A stretch of 64,000 bases of DNA from an uncultured delta proteobacterium (lineage in GTDB: Bacteria; Bdellovibrionota; FAC87; UBA2466), in NCBI GenBank assembly GCA_963778115.1, contig CAVZSV010000004.1, positions 320,001-384,000 of the forward strand, given 5' to 3'. Both the position numbers and the translations under genes were made by a program. Positions 30,054-39,411 of this stretch are shown one piece after another (position 1 is the first letter of the stretch; each line of letters opens with the position of its first letter). The notes beneath the pieces were generated by a model. It ran no database searches. It was not told where the DNA came from and was given only the letters and a program-made list of their open reading frames with translations.

Positions 30054-32834
30054 TTATTTTTTTGCGCTATTTTTGTCGCTACCGACTGAGGCGGCCAGAG
30101 GTTCAAAGGCTAACCTCACAAAATCTTCTTCTTCCCTTTGGTGCCATCGGAAAGATCCCACAGCAGGACTTGCCGACTCTTTTCTCCCTCGATATTCCAG
30201 TATCCGATCAGAGGCCAACGGCCCCAGCTTGGCATCGATGAAGGTCCAAGCGCCCATATTGCGGGGCTCTTCTTGAACCCAAAGCAGTTCGTTGGCGCCT
30301 CTGTATTTTTCCAACACTGCTGAAATGGCGGGTCTTGGAACCGGGTAGAGTTGTTCTAGGCGAATAATCGCAACGTCGGTTCGCTTTTGCTGATCTCGTT
30401 TGGCCTGCAAATTAAAAAACACTTTTCCCGTGCAAAACAAGATCCGCTTAACCCCTTCCGGCGAAGGCTCTGACGGATCATCGATGACCGGCCTAAATCC
30501 CATCTCGGTAAATTCACTTAACGGTGACGTCGATCTCTCGTCACGGAGCAGACTCTTGGGCGTCATGACAATCAGAGGCTTTCTAAACGGTCTTAGGATC
30601 TGTCGGCGCAAGAGATGAAAATATTGGGCTGGCAGTGTCGGATAGCAGACCTGAATATTGTTCTCGCCGCAAAGTTGCAAAAAGCGTTCTAGTCGCGCGC
30701 TAGAATGTTCTGGCCCTTGCCCCTCGTATCCGTGAGGGAGCAGCATCACAAGGCCGCTCATTTTTGCCCACTTGGATTCCGAACTCGAAATAAACTGATC
30801 GATGATGGGCTGGGCTCCATTAACAAAGTCCCCGAACTGCGCTTCCCAGACAACAAGATTTCTGGGATCCGCACTGCTAAATCCATATTCGAATCCCAGA
30901 ACCGCAAGCTCGGAGAGCATCGTGTTAACGATATTAAACTTCGCCTGCTTCGGCGCTAGATTCTCGAGTGGAACATACAGCTCACCGTTTTCGGTATCAT
31001 GAAGAACCGCATGGCGATGGCTAAAGGTTCCCCTTTCCACGTCTTGACCGGTCATTCGTACCGGAGTGCCCTCAAGCAAGAGGCTGCCCACGGCCCACAT
31101 CTCGGCACAGCCCCAATCGGCAGGCCGCTTTCCTTCTCCCATTTCACGGCGTATCTCGTACTGTTTCTTTAGTTTCCGATGAATGTGGAAAGAGTCCGCA
31201 ACGATCGTTGTTTTGTCGGTGATGGTCTTAATGACTGAAGACGAAACGGCGGTCTTGGCGTCCCAGTCGTCTCCAGCCCGAGTCATCCCTTTCCACGCAC
31301 CACCAAAACTATAGGGGATTTCGTGGGGTAATTTTTCCCGCGCGATTCCTAAAGCGGTTTCCATGGTCTGACGAATCTCACTCTTAAGAGCCTCGACTTC
31401 ATCAGGAGAGATACGATCCTCGGAAATTAACTTTTGCGCGTAAAGCTCGCAGACAGGCTTTTGCAGGGCGATGCGTTCATACATTAATGGCTGGGTAAAC
31501 GTGGGATCGTCGGTTTCGTTATGTCCATATCGTCGGTAGCACCAAAGGTCTATCATGACGTCGACGCGAAACTGCTGGCGAAAGCCGATAGCTAAGCGAG
31601 CCGCGTGCACCACGGCTTCGGGATCATCGGCATTGACGTGAAAGATGGGAGCCTTAATCATTTTCGCGACGTCAGTGGCATAGGGAGTAAAGCGCGTTTG
31701 ATTAGCGGTCGCGGTAAATCCCAGCTGGTTGTTGATGATAATGTGAATTGTGCCCCCGGTTCGGTAGTAGGCCAATTCGGACAGATTTAACGTCTCCGGA
31801 ACGATCCCCTGCCCCGCAAAAGCGGCTTCACCGTGGATGAGAATGGGAAGAACACTGACATGATCGGTGTCGCCCAAATACTGTTGTTTGGCGCGAACCA
31901 CACCTTCCACCACGGGATCTACCAATTCCAAATGGCTGGGATTAGGTGATAGCGAGAGGTGTACTTTGTTGCCTGAAAGGGTGGTGCGATCGTTAGAAAA
32001 GCCTTTGTGGTATTTGACGTCTCCATCCCCTTGGTTAGCCTCCTGAGGAATCGTCCCCTCAAATTCGCTAAACGTATATTCGTAAGGTTTTTGCATGATG
32101 TGCGCTAAAACGTTCAGACGCCCCCGATGCGCCATTCCCGTGACCGCTTCTTGAAGCCCCAACGTAGCACCCTCTTCTATCAGAGTGTCCAGCATGGGGA
32201 TAAGCGCATCGCCCCCTTGAAGGGAGAACCGCTTTTGGCCAATATATTTGGTATGGAGAAACTGCTCGAACTCTTCGGCGGCGATAAGAAGCTTTAAGAT
32301 TCTCTTGGACTCTTCGGCAGAGAATTTCGGTTGGTTGTAAAGAGGCTCCATCCGCTCCTGCAACCAAGCCCGCTGCTCTTTATCGGGAATATCCATATAT
32401 TCCACGCCCAATGTCCCGCAGTACGTCGTCTTAAGCTTTTCCACCAAATCCTTGAGCGTGCCATCGGTGGCCCCAAGAAATCCTCCACTTCCCACTTGCC
32501 GATCTAGATCGGTATCGGAGTAGCCAAACTCTTTGATATCCAAAAGAGGTTGCGAAGGGCGGTTATTGCCCAGAGGATCTAAAGCCGCAACGAGATGCCC
32601 CAACTCGCGGTACGAATGGACGAGATCGCCAGTGCCGTCGGATCTTCGTTGGGAGAGGGTCGCAAACTCGCCGGTCCCCCCTCCTCCTACTAGCGGTCGT
32701 CCCAGTCCTATCTCGAAGCCGGCGAAAAACACCCGCCAGGTTTCCTCAACCGACTCAGGGTCCTTCTGGTACTGACTGTAAAGTTGCTCAATGTATTCGG
32801 AATTGGCTCTATTGAAGAAATTGAGAAAATCCAT
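30054..32834 (-). CDS. sucA: 2-oxoglutarate dehydrogenase E1
   Basis: GMAHRGRLN, GDVKYH, NPSHLE, RGTFSHRH, WEAQFGDF, LLPHGYEGQGPEHSSARLER. Confidence 0.97.
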   Translation of the reverse strand: MDFLNFFNRANSEYIEQLYSQYQKDPESVEETWRVFFAGFEIGLGRPLVGGGGTGEFATLSQRRSDGTGDLVHSYRELGHLVAALDPLGNNRPSQPLLDIKEFGYSDTDLDRQVGSGGFLGATDGTLKDLVEKLKTTYCGTLGVEYMDIPDKEQRAWLQERMEPLYNQPKFSAEESKRILKLLIAAEEFEQFLHTKYIGQKRFSLQGGDALIPMLDTLIEEGATLGLQEAVTGMAHRGRLNVLAHIMQKPYEYTFSEFEGTIPQEANQGDGDVKYHKGFSNDRTTLSGNKVHLSLSPNPSHLELVDPVVEGVVRAKQQYLGDTDHVSVLPILIHGEAAFAGQGIVPETLNLSELAYYRTGGTIHIIINNQLGFTATANQTRFTPYATDVAKMIKAPIFHVNADDPEAVVHAARLAIGFRQQFRVDVMIDLWCYRRYGHNETDDPTFTQPLMYERIALQKPVCELYAQKLISEDRISPDEVEALKSEIRQTMETALGIAREKLPHEIPYSFGGAWKGMTRAGDDWDAKTAVSSSVIKTITDKTTIVADSFHIHRKLKKQYEIRREMGEGKRPADWGCAEMWAVGSLLLEGTPVRMTGQDVERGTFSHRHAVLHDTENGELYVPLENLAPKQAKFNIVNTMLSELAVLGFEYGFSSADPRNLVVWEAQFGDFVNGAQPIIDQFISSSESKWAKMSGLVMLLPHGYEGQGPEHSSARLERFLQLCGENNIQVCYPTLPAQYFHLLRRQILRPFRKPLIVMTPKSLLRDERSTSPLSEFTEMGFRPVIDDPSEPSPEGVKRILFCTGKVFFNLQAKRDQQKRTDVAIIRLEQLYPVPRPAISAVLEKYRGANELLWVQEEPRNMGAWTFIDAKLGPLASDRILEYRGRKESASPAVGSFRWHQREEEDFVRLAFEPLAASVGSDKNSAKK

Positions 32835-33041
32835 AGGTTATTCTTACGACAAAAAGTCTTGTAAGCACAGTCCGGCATTCCCAGTCGAAGAGGGGTTGTC
32901 GTGGACCCTCTCGCGCCGTCTTACCGGGGAAATGAAAACCCGCGGTAAAGTTTAATCATAACGGTAACTAAACGCCACTTATCCTTTTTTCAAGTGTTTT
33001 TGCGGCCCAATCTCAAGAATGCCCACATTAGTAGGGGGCGA

Positions 33042-34148
33042 TTAGGCGCGTATTGAAAGTCGAGAGGAAGAAAATCCAGCGGTCTTTAAGATCTCGTGCA
33101 ACCTATCCATATAGGTATGCTGCCCTTTGAGGAGCCGTTCATGTCCTCGACGCGCAACAGCGCGGCGGGCGGCCGGGTGGGCCAGGTAATAATTGATAAG
33201 CTCGCGAAGTTCGTCAGTAGACGAAAAAAGCACTATCTCCTTCTTGTCAGTAAAGAAGGATTGAATCTCCTCGTTGCGCGGGGCAAATTGCAACCCCCCA
33301 CAGGCTGCAACTTCAAAAGTTCTTTGGGTGTGAAGATCTTGGGCCTCTTCACGAAGAAGACCCAAAATGCACTTCGAATGAGAAAGTACGTCGGAGTATT
33401 CCAAAAAGTTGACCGGCCCGCCGTTTATCCGCTTACGTCTATCGGCGGAAAGAGGCGCGCGATTCCACCTGTCTCCCCAAACGTTAAGCCGGTGCCATCC
33501 TGCAGCCTCTAAAAGAGGGGCTCGGCTCTTGTCGTAAGTTCCTATAAACGTCACCTCAAATTCATCGGGCTTGTATCGGCTATATCTGTCGGGAATGGGA
33601 TGATGCACCGAAGGCTCATAGGCGGAAGGAATAAAAATGCTTTGGCTCTGGCCCAAAGCTTTGTAGGAAGCAACATTTTGAGATTTCGTCGTAAAGACAT
33701 AGTCGAAAGCGACGAGATTTTGGGAAAAATTCTTGGGCTTTAAGATACCCTTCGAAAAATTGTTATCATGGGAATGGTAGACCATCACCGGCGAAAATTT
33801 AGAAGCCTTTTTCATGGCGTTCAAGGTCTCGGCACTTATAAAATTTTGGCTCATGACAAAGATCAGATCAAACTGATGATTGCGGCACAGGCGCACTAAA
33901 TTGAGCTCCGCTCGACGCTGGTGGTGAAGCGACGGGCGTTTCGTTAACTTAACTCTTAGCGCATCCCGCCAATTGGACATTCGAAAAGGATCGGGATCAT
34001 AAGCATAAACCGCATAGCCCAGTTTTAGGAAATTCGTAAAGTAGTGCACCGCCGTCGAACTACCATCGGTAGTTCCCACATAGAGAACGCGGCAAAAAGA
34101 AGGTGGTCGATAAGTCTTCATCCACCTTACGTGTCGGCGCTGCGTCAA
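33042..34148 (-). CDS. CgeB-like glycosyltransferase (ATG at 34121 is an alternative start)
   Basis: F.GT...R, RTFEVAACG, FF..KEIV.F, HTY..R C-terminal motifs. Confidence 0.85.
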   Translation of the reverse strand: MTQRRHVRWMKTYRPPSFCRVLYVGTTDGSSTAVHYFTNFLKLGYAVYAYDPDPFRMSNWRDALRVKLTKRPSLHHQRRAELNLVRLCRNHQFDLIFVMSQNFISAETLNAMKKASKFSPVMVYHSHDNNFSKGILKPKNFSQNLVAFDYVFTTKSQNVASYKALGQSQSIFIPSAYEPSVHHPIPDRYSRYKPDEFEVTFIGTYDKSRAPLLEAAGWHRLNVWGDRWNRAPLSADRRKRINGGPVNFLEYSDVLSHSKCILGLLREEAQDLHTQRTFEVAACGGLQFAPRNEEIQSFFTDKKEIVLFSSTDELRELINYYLAHPAARRAVARRGHERLLKGQHTYMDRLHEILKTAGFSSSRLSIRA

Positions 34149-34273
34149 AGAATCTTAACGCGGCGTTCATGGAGTTTTCTTCACAATCTGGTGCCGAGCC
34201 AACTAAGCGTGTAGAATTTTAGAACCCTTCCGATATTTCATCTGAACAAAACGTTTTTTGAGGAGACCCCCAA

Positions 34274-35101
34274 ATGAGAAACTGGTTTCTTGGCTTATGG
34301 ATACTACTGAGTCTTTCGGCAATCACTTTAAAGGCGGCTGAACCGAACGCATTAACCCCCTTTGGTGACAAATTAAGCGATCCTGGTCGAGGGGTCCCTC
34401 AGGAGATTCAAGATGCCATTGCGAAACATGAACAGGCCAAGCAAGCGGCGCAAGAAAAGATCGATGCCTTAGACATCATGATAGATCACTATGCTACTGG
34501 TTACGACGAGTTAGCGGACAAGTATAACGACCGAAAAACTAAGATCGAAGCCTTACCGGAAGGGGAGGAGAAAAAACAACGGCTAGAAAATCTTAAATCC
34601 ACCGAGAGACAGTTAGAAAAGATGCGGGGGGCCATCGAGCAAGTTAAAGAGCAGGCAAAAGTACAAGAGAAGCTGAAAGATCAAGCGGATGCGGATTTAA
34701 CAAAAGCCAAGGAAAGCGAAACGCGATCCAAAGATCCTGCCGCAATCATGGCCGATCTTAGAGATAAATTCGACAACATGGATCTCAAAACGCGCTTTGA
34801 TAAGTTAGAGATCAAAGGTTTGAGTTTGGAAGAAAAAATTGAAGCTTTAGAACGGGAACTCGATCAGTCCATCATGGGTGCCTACGTCCGAGAAAAAATT
34901 ACCCGAGTGCTGACCTCAGAAGCGCTTTGCGAAGCGACCAAACTGTGCGGAAAACACATGAGCCCCGAAGAAAAGAGAAAAGCTCTTGAAGCCGACATCA
35001 GCCAAATGTTTCATGACAACGAAGGCAATTTAGGGCGGCATTTGAATGGTTCGCACGTAAACGCTCCTGATCATTCGGCCCAGGAAACCGCACCTCACTA
35101 G
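34274..35101 (+). CDS. Secreted coiled-coil protein (possibly the 5' part of a frameshifted gene)
   Basis: GAGGAG SD, signal peptide, long E/K/A/Q heptad-like region. Confidence 0.8.
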   Translation: MRNWFLGLWILLSLSAITLKAAEPNALTPFGDKLSDPGRGVPQEIQDAIAKHEQAKQAAQEKIDALDIMIDHYATGYDELADKYNDRKTKIEALPEGEEKKQRLENLKSTERQLEKMRGAIEQVKEQAKVQEKLKDQADADLTKAKESETRSKDPAAIMADLRDKFDNMDLKTRFDKLEIKGLSLEEKIEALERELDQSIMGAYVREKITRVLTSEALCEATKLCGKHMSPEEKRKALEADISQMFHDNEGNLGRHLNGSHVNAPDHSAQETAPH

Positions 35102-35204
35102 TGGCGGAGGGCCGGTAGACGCGGGTAATCCGGCTTCTCCCACAGCTCCTGACAGCCCCAACTTTGGTGACGGAGGAGGTGATCCAAGCGAGCCTCCCCC
35201 GCTT

Positions 35205-35609
35205 ATGGCAGGTCCGACATCGCCGACGCAAGCCAGTCCTTTAACTCCGACGACACAGCCGGAAGCGCAAACGGCCGATAAAAGAGAATGTCTTAGGTAC
35301 GATCACGCTTCGTTTGAAATGGAAGTTCCTAAAAACGCCCAGGTCCGCGTTCAAGGAAAGCCTATGGGCCATCGAGGAGGAAAGGTCTCATTTTCGTCTC
35401 CCCCAATGGAGCCGTGCAAGCCCTTTCGTTACGAAATTACCGTGCAATGGCCTGTGCCTAAGTACACGAACTACCCTTGCGGTATGTTAGGACGCGCCCG
35501 ATCGTGGGGTCGCTTCTCCTGCCAATACGTGTCTTGGCAGTGGAAAACGGAAACCCTTAAACCTGAATTTGAGGCGAGTAACAAACCCGTGCAACTCGTT
35601 GTCCGCTAA
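35205..35609 (+). CDS. TIGR03000-like beta domain protein (frame open from 35061)
   Basis: EVPKNAQVRVQG...FSSPPMEPCKPFRYEITVQW resembles the VP..A.V...G...F.TPPLEPG..Y.YE....W pattern. Confidence 0.5.
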   Translation: MAGPTSPTQASPLTPTTQPEAQTADKRECLRYDHASFEMEVPKNAQVRVQGKPMGHRGGKVSFSSPPMEPCKPFRYEITVQWPVPKYTNYPCGMLGRARSWGRFSCQYVSWQWKTETLKPEFEASNKPVQLVVR

Positions 35610-35857
35610 TCGGTTTCGTGATTCTCAATCTCCACAAGCTCGTCGGGAATTACCTCCCCGTAAGGATGAACTACCGAGATGCGGATCTTCTGCCCCACCC
35701 CTTGAGCTCCCGGATCGACAGCGCTTGCGGAATTTAGCTTTTCATGTGGCATTTTTAAAATTGTCGCATTGTCTTCAGGCAATGTTCCCGAGGCATTTGC
35801 GACATCTTTTCCATGTAGATGAGTCTGTTCCTGCGAAAGAATATTTTTCTTAGCCAT
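35606..35857 (-). CDS. Small hypothetical protein
   Basis: AGGAG SD before ATG; weak GG-N10-GC element at 35885-35900. Confidence 0.55.
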   Translation of the reverse strand: MAKKNILSQEQTHLHGKDVANASGTLPEDNATILKMPHEKLNSASAVDPGAQGVGQKIRISVVHPYGEVIPDELVEIENHETD

Positions 35858-35923
35858 AGCACACTCCTAATAGCTAAGATCGGATGCAAAAACGGGTCCG
35901 AAGGCACGACAAGACATAGCAAA

Positions 35924-35950
35924 GCCCACCTCTTCAAAGAAGAGGCGGGC
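35924..35950 (-). terminator. Intrinsic terminator-like hairpin after 35970..36452
   Basis: GCCCGCCTCTTC-TTT-GAAGAGGTGGGC followed by TTT on the minus strand. Confidence 0.65.
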
Positions 35951-35969
35951 TCTTGCACCACATGAATAC

Positions 35970-36452
35970 TTACTTGCTCGCTAGAAGCTCGGAATCTTCT
36001 GCCGCTAATTTCTGCACAATCTTAATCAACTCGGCCGCTTCAGGAGCGGTATTGAGTGTCGGGTCCTGACAAAGAGTCGACTTCTCTAAAAGCACGCTGG
36101 AATTATCAGCCGAAAAGATCGTGAAGGTTCCCGAGATCGCCATACAGTGAATCTGGTGAACTTCGGTCTCAATCTTTCCCGTACGAGCGGCTTCAATTAA
36201 CGTATTAATGCGATCGATCTGATCGGTGGAAACGGAAGCGAAACTCTTGCGAGAAACCATGGCCCCTTTGGAATTAAATTCCGCGCGATAGACACTGCCA
36301 TCGCCTAACACACGAAACACCGACGTATTTATCGTCGAAGTGAACGAGGCTTTTGGCTCGGTGCGCATCTCAAGACGAACATCCTGACGTCCGAAAGCCG
36401 CCATGGCGTTAATGGCAAAGAACGACATTGCTAAAACTAGACTCTTTTTCAT
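35970..36452 (-). CDS. Secreted hypothetical protein
   Basis: AGGAG SD; signal peptide MKKSLVLAMSFFAINAMA; Cys pair. Confidence 0.8.
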   Translation of the reverse strand: MKKSLVLAMSFFAINAMAAFGRQDVRLEMRTEPKASFTSTINTSVFRVLGDGSVYRAEFNSKGAMVSRKSFASVSTDQIDRINTLIEAARTGKIETEVHQIHCMAISGTFTIFSADNSSVLLEKSTLCQDPTLNTAPEAAELIKIVQKLAAEDSELLASK

Positions 36453-36505
36453 TTGGATCTCCTAAAAATTTTGCTGGGGAACCCATCATCCCCGATGGCC
36501 GCTAG

Positions 36506-36521
36506 TGCAACCGGCGTACCA
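36506..36521 (-). promoter_or_regulatory. Candidate sigma54 promoter
   Basis: Minus strand TTGGTACGCCGGTTGCA; GG-N10-GC. Confidence 0.65.
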
Positions 36522-36544
36522 ATATTTTGAGATAGATTTTAAGG

Positions 36545-37939
36545 CTAATTCGGCGATGAGCCAGGGGCAGTGGGGCCGGTTCCATTTTGAACCGTAGTGC
36601 CAGATTGCTCGTCGTCTTCTGGAGGAATGTCGGCCGCAATCTCTTTGTACCTATCGTCGGAAATAGGGACCTGCCTTACATAGACTTGAATAGAACGATT
36701 ATTGTAATCGATAAGGACCGGGGCATTGTTATGGTGAAGAGGATTAAGCATTTCCCCTCGCCGGCGGGTTTGGTCAGCCTTTCCCAGATGGTAGCCATTC
36801 CCCAACGATCCCCTTAGCCATTCTTTGCGCTGGGGAACAATAATCTCTAGGCTTAGAATAGGAATCTCTTTCCCATAAGCATCTAGCATCCCTTCCCAAG
36901 TGCTTCTCAGTTGCTCGAGCGCTTTATTGACATCGACCACTTTGGACCAAGGAGCATAGAACTTTAGTTCGCGGATATGAGCTGCGAACACCCCTGGAGT
37001 GAGTTCTTCGAGAAATAAAAGATCCGCCGTAGGCTTAAAGCGATGGAGTCTGCCTTCGATCACACGGAATAGTCGTAAGAACAAACGAACGCTTTGGTCC
37101 CCGAGTCCCAATAAGATTTCTTCTGGCCGGTTTCGCTGCACCGCCCGAGCTGCCCACAGGTCGGCTTGGATCACCTTACGGAAATAATGAAATCGCCTAT
37201 TGTTGTTAAAACCAAGACCAAATCGAGAGAACTTTTCGGGAGTCGCTATAATCCCATCCTGAGCTAGTCGCTCAAAAGTATCTTTGCTTAACCTATCGGG
37301 GACCACCTCCCCCGTTTCAGAATTGTTAGTCAACCGGAGTTCGACGGCGGCCGTATTATTAAAGTCATCCCACTCATGACGGGCTCTTCGCTGGTTATGA
37401 TGCTGATCATAGCGGTAAGCGATATAAGCCATGCCACCCGCAAAGAACTCCAGATCGGTGTCTTCTCCGTCAACAGTGGGGACATCGGAAAGAGGAGATC
37501 GATTATGATGATAAAACATTTCAGTCACGTGAAACAGATCGTTAAAATTATTGATCCAAACTGTCGCCCCTCTCAGAAAATAGCTGGCGGTAAATTCCCC
37601 GTCATACAGTTTAGAGTTTCGGATCCGCCGGTGTAACATTTCGAAGGTCGATAACATTTTTGAGAAATACTGTTGAAACATCTCCGGCGTCACGCGCGCG
37701 TCTTTCAAGACCCGCTTTCTCATCGCTTCGTATTCGGTTCCGTTTTGCACGAAATAATCGACGAGCAGAGCCTGGTATTTCCCTACGTAATCCCTACACA
37801 GGCCGTCTGCCTTAGCTTTGGCCGCGGCCAAAGCCGCTTCCCGAGCCTCGAGCGCAAGCTCCGCCCGTTCAAACAGGTCCGGATGAGCCGAAACGGGCCC
37901 GGTAATCGCTAACAGGAATAGAGGTACTATGATCTTCAT
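36545..37939 (-). CDS. Secreted hypothetical protein with a possible C-terminal PD-(D/E)xK-like domain
   Basis: Signal peptide MKIIVPLFLLAITGPVSA; TADLLF...HIRELKF...KALEQL. Confidence 0.7.
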   Translation of the reverse strand: MKIIVPLFLLAITGPVSAHPDLFERAELALEAREAALAAAKAKADGLCRDYVGKYQALLVDYFVQNGTEYEAMRKRVLKDARVTPEMFQQYFSKMLSTFEMLHRRIRNSKLYDGEFTASYFLRGATVWINNFNDLFHVTEMFYHHNRSPLSDVPTVDGEDTDLEFFAGGMAYIAYRYDQHHNQRRARHEWDDFNNTAAVELRLTNNSETGEVVPDRLSKDTFERLAQDGIIATPEKFSRFGLGFNNNRRFHYFRKVIQADLWAARAVQRNRPEEILLGLGDQSVRLFLRLFRVIEGRLHRFKPTADLLFLEELTPGVFAAHIRELKFYAPWSKVVDVNKALEQLRSTWEGMLDAYGKEIPILSLEIIVPQRKEWLRGSLGNGYHLGKADQTRRRGEMLNPLHHNNAPVLIDYNNRSIQVYVRQVPISDDRYKEIAADIPPEDDEQSGTTVQNGTGPTAPGSSPN

Positions 37940-38089
37940 GGAGAACGAGGGGTATATGAATTTTGCCGCACTAAGTCAATCTGCAGAGGTGGCGTCGAGC
38001 CAGACAAATGCTAAATTAAGTGATATTAAATATTTAGCCATAGAAGTCTTAGGTCTGGCTGTGAAAAAATTGCTAAGCCGGAGGTCGAA

Positions 38090-38656
38090 ATGAAATCATT
38101 TCGTTTTTCCAAAAAATGGGCCTGTCTAGTCACCGCGTTCGTTGCGGTGGTAGTATTTTTCCCGATTTCGCTTTCCCTGGGAGTCGATATGTCGAACTAC
38201 AAAAAACCAAAGACTGACGAGATAAAGAAAAAACTCACTCCGTTACAATACGAAGTCACCCAAGAGGCGGGGACTGAGCGCGCATTTAACAACGAGTACT
38301 GGGACAACCACAAAGCAGGCATTTATGTGGACATCGTTTCGGGAGAACCGCTTTTTAGTTCTCTTGATAAGTATGAATCGGGCAGTGGCTGGCCTAGTTT
38401 CACAAAACCCATTGATAAGAGCAACATCGTCACAAAAGTCGACAAAGGTTTTTTCACTACGCGCACGGAAGTCCGTTCGAAACACGCCGACTCTCATCTG
38501 GGACATGTCTTTGATGACGGCCCCAAGAACGCCGGAGGAATGCGTTACTGCATGAATTCGGCGGCGATGCGATTTATCCCCGTAGAAAAGCTAAAAGAAG
38601 AAGGCTACGGCGAATATCTAAAACTCTTTGATCCAAAACCGTCTCAGAAAAAATAG
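38090..38656 (+). CDS. msrB: Peptide-methionine (R)-S-oxide reductase
   Basis: [43 protein letters not shown]-terminal hydrophobic signal. Confidence 0.96.
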   Translation: MKSFRFSKKWACLVTAFVAVVVFFPISLSLGVDMSNYKKPKTDEIKKKLTPLQYEVTQEAGTERAFNNEYWDNHKAGIYVDIVSGEPLFSSLDKYESGSGWPSFTKPIDKSNIVTKVDKGFFTTRTEVRSKHADSHLGHVFDDGPKNAGGMRYCMNSAAMRFIPVEKLKEEGYGEYLKLFDPKPSQKK

Positions 38657-38679
38657 GATCTCTTCTCAAGGAGAGTCAA

Positions 38680-39285
38680 ATGCTGTCACGAATGGTTTTC
38701 ATAGGCCTCTTACTTTGGCAGTCGTTGGTATTTGCGACTTCTGTGACTCAGGCTGCCAAACCGAATACCGCTCAGGCAACTTTCGCGGGAGGCTGCTTCT
38801 GGAGCATGGAGCCACCCTTTGTAAATTTGCCCGGAGTAAAAAGTGTGGTCGTCGGCTATACGGGCGGACATAAAGATAATCCCACCTACGAAGAGGTCTC
38901 CACCGGTCAGACTGGACATGTAGAATCGGTACAGATCACTTACGATCCCAAAAAACTAAAATACCAGACTCTACTCGACGTCTTTTGGAAGTCGATGGAC
39001 CCTACCGATAACGGCGGACAATTCGCCGATCGCGGGAGCCAATACCAATCCGTAATTTTTTATGCCGATAACGATCAAAGAAAGATGGCTGAGGCCAGCA
39101 AGGAGAAATGGATAAAGTCCAAAGTTTTCAAAAAACCCATCGTGACTCGAATCGTTGCCGCCACCACTTTCTGGCCGGCGGAGAAGTACCACCAGCATTT
39201 CTATAAGAAAAATCCAGAACGCTATCACCAGTGCCACGTCGGCTCGGGCCGCGGCCATTTCTTAGAATCGCTTTGGGGCAAGTAA
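38680..39285 (+). CDS. msrA: Peptide-methionine (S)-S-oxide reductase
   Basis: FAGGCFW, GYTGG..NPTYEEV, GH.E.VQ, GQFADRGSQY, FWPAEKYHQ; signal peptide. Confidence 0.95.
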   Translation: MLSRMVFIGLLLWQSLVFATSVTQAAKPNTAQATFAGGCFWSMEPPFVNLPGVKSVVVGYTGGHKDNPTYEEVSTGQTGHVESVQITYDPKKLKYQTLLDVFWKSMDPTDNGGQFADRGSQYQSVIFYADNDQRKMAEASKEKWIKSKVFKKPIVTRIVAATTFWPAEKYHQHFYKKNPERYHQCHVGSGRGHFLESLWGK

Positions 39286-39295
39286 AATTAAATCC

Positions 39296-39360
39296 CACAA
39301 GAAGGTAGGCCGTACCTTTCTGTACTGCATATTTGAATTCAGGGCCGTACTTTTTTGTAG
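39296..39360. repeat. REP-like palindrome copy 2 plus a partial copy
   Basis: CACAAGAAGGTAGGCCGTACCTTTCTGTAC (39296-39325) and half copy GGCCGTACTTTTTTGTAG (39343-39360). Confidence 0.7.
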
Positions 39361-39411
39361 GTTGCGGGAAAGGCCAAATGGGCATATTCGTTTTAACTAT
39401 CGAGGTGGTTA

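Noticed and set aside
35099..35130. In-frame TAG read-through (pyrrolysine or suppression) of the coiled-coil gene
   Set aside because: The zero frame meets TAA nine codons later; only the +1 frame continues.
38680..39285. Selenocysteine-containing MsrA
   Set aside because: The catalytic codon is TGC and there is no in-frame TGA.
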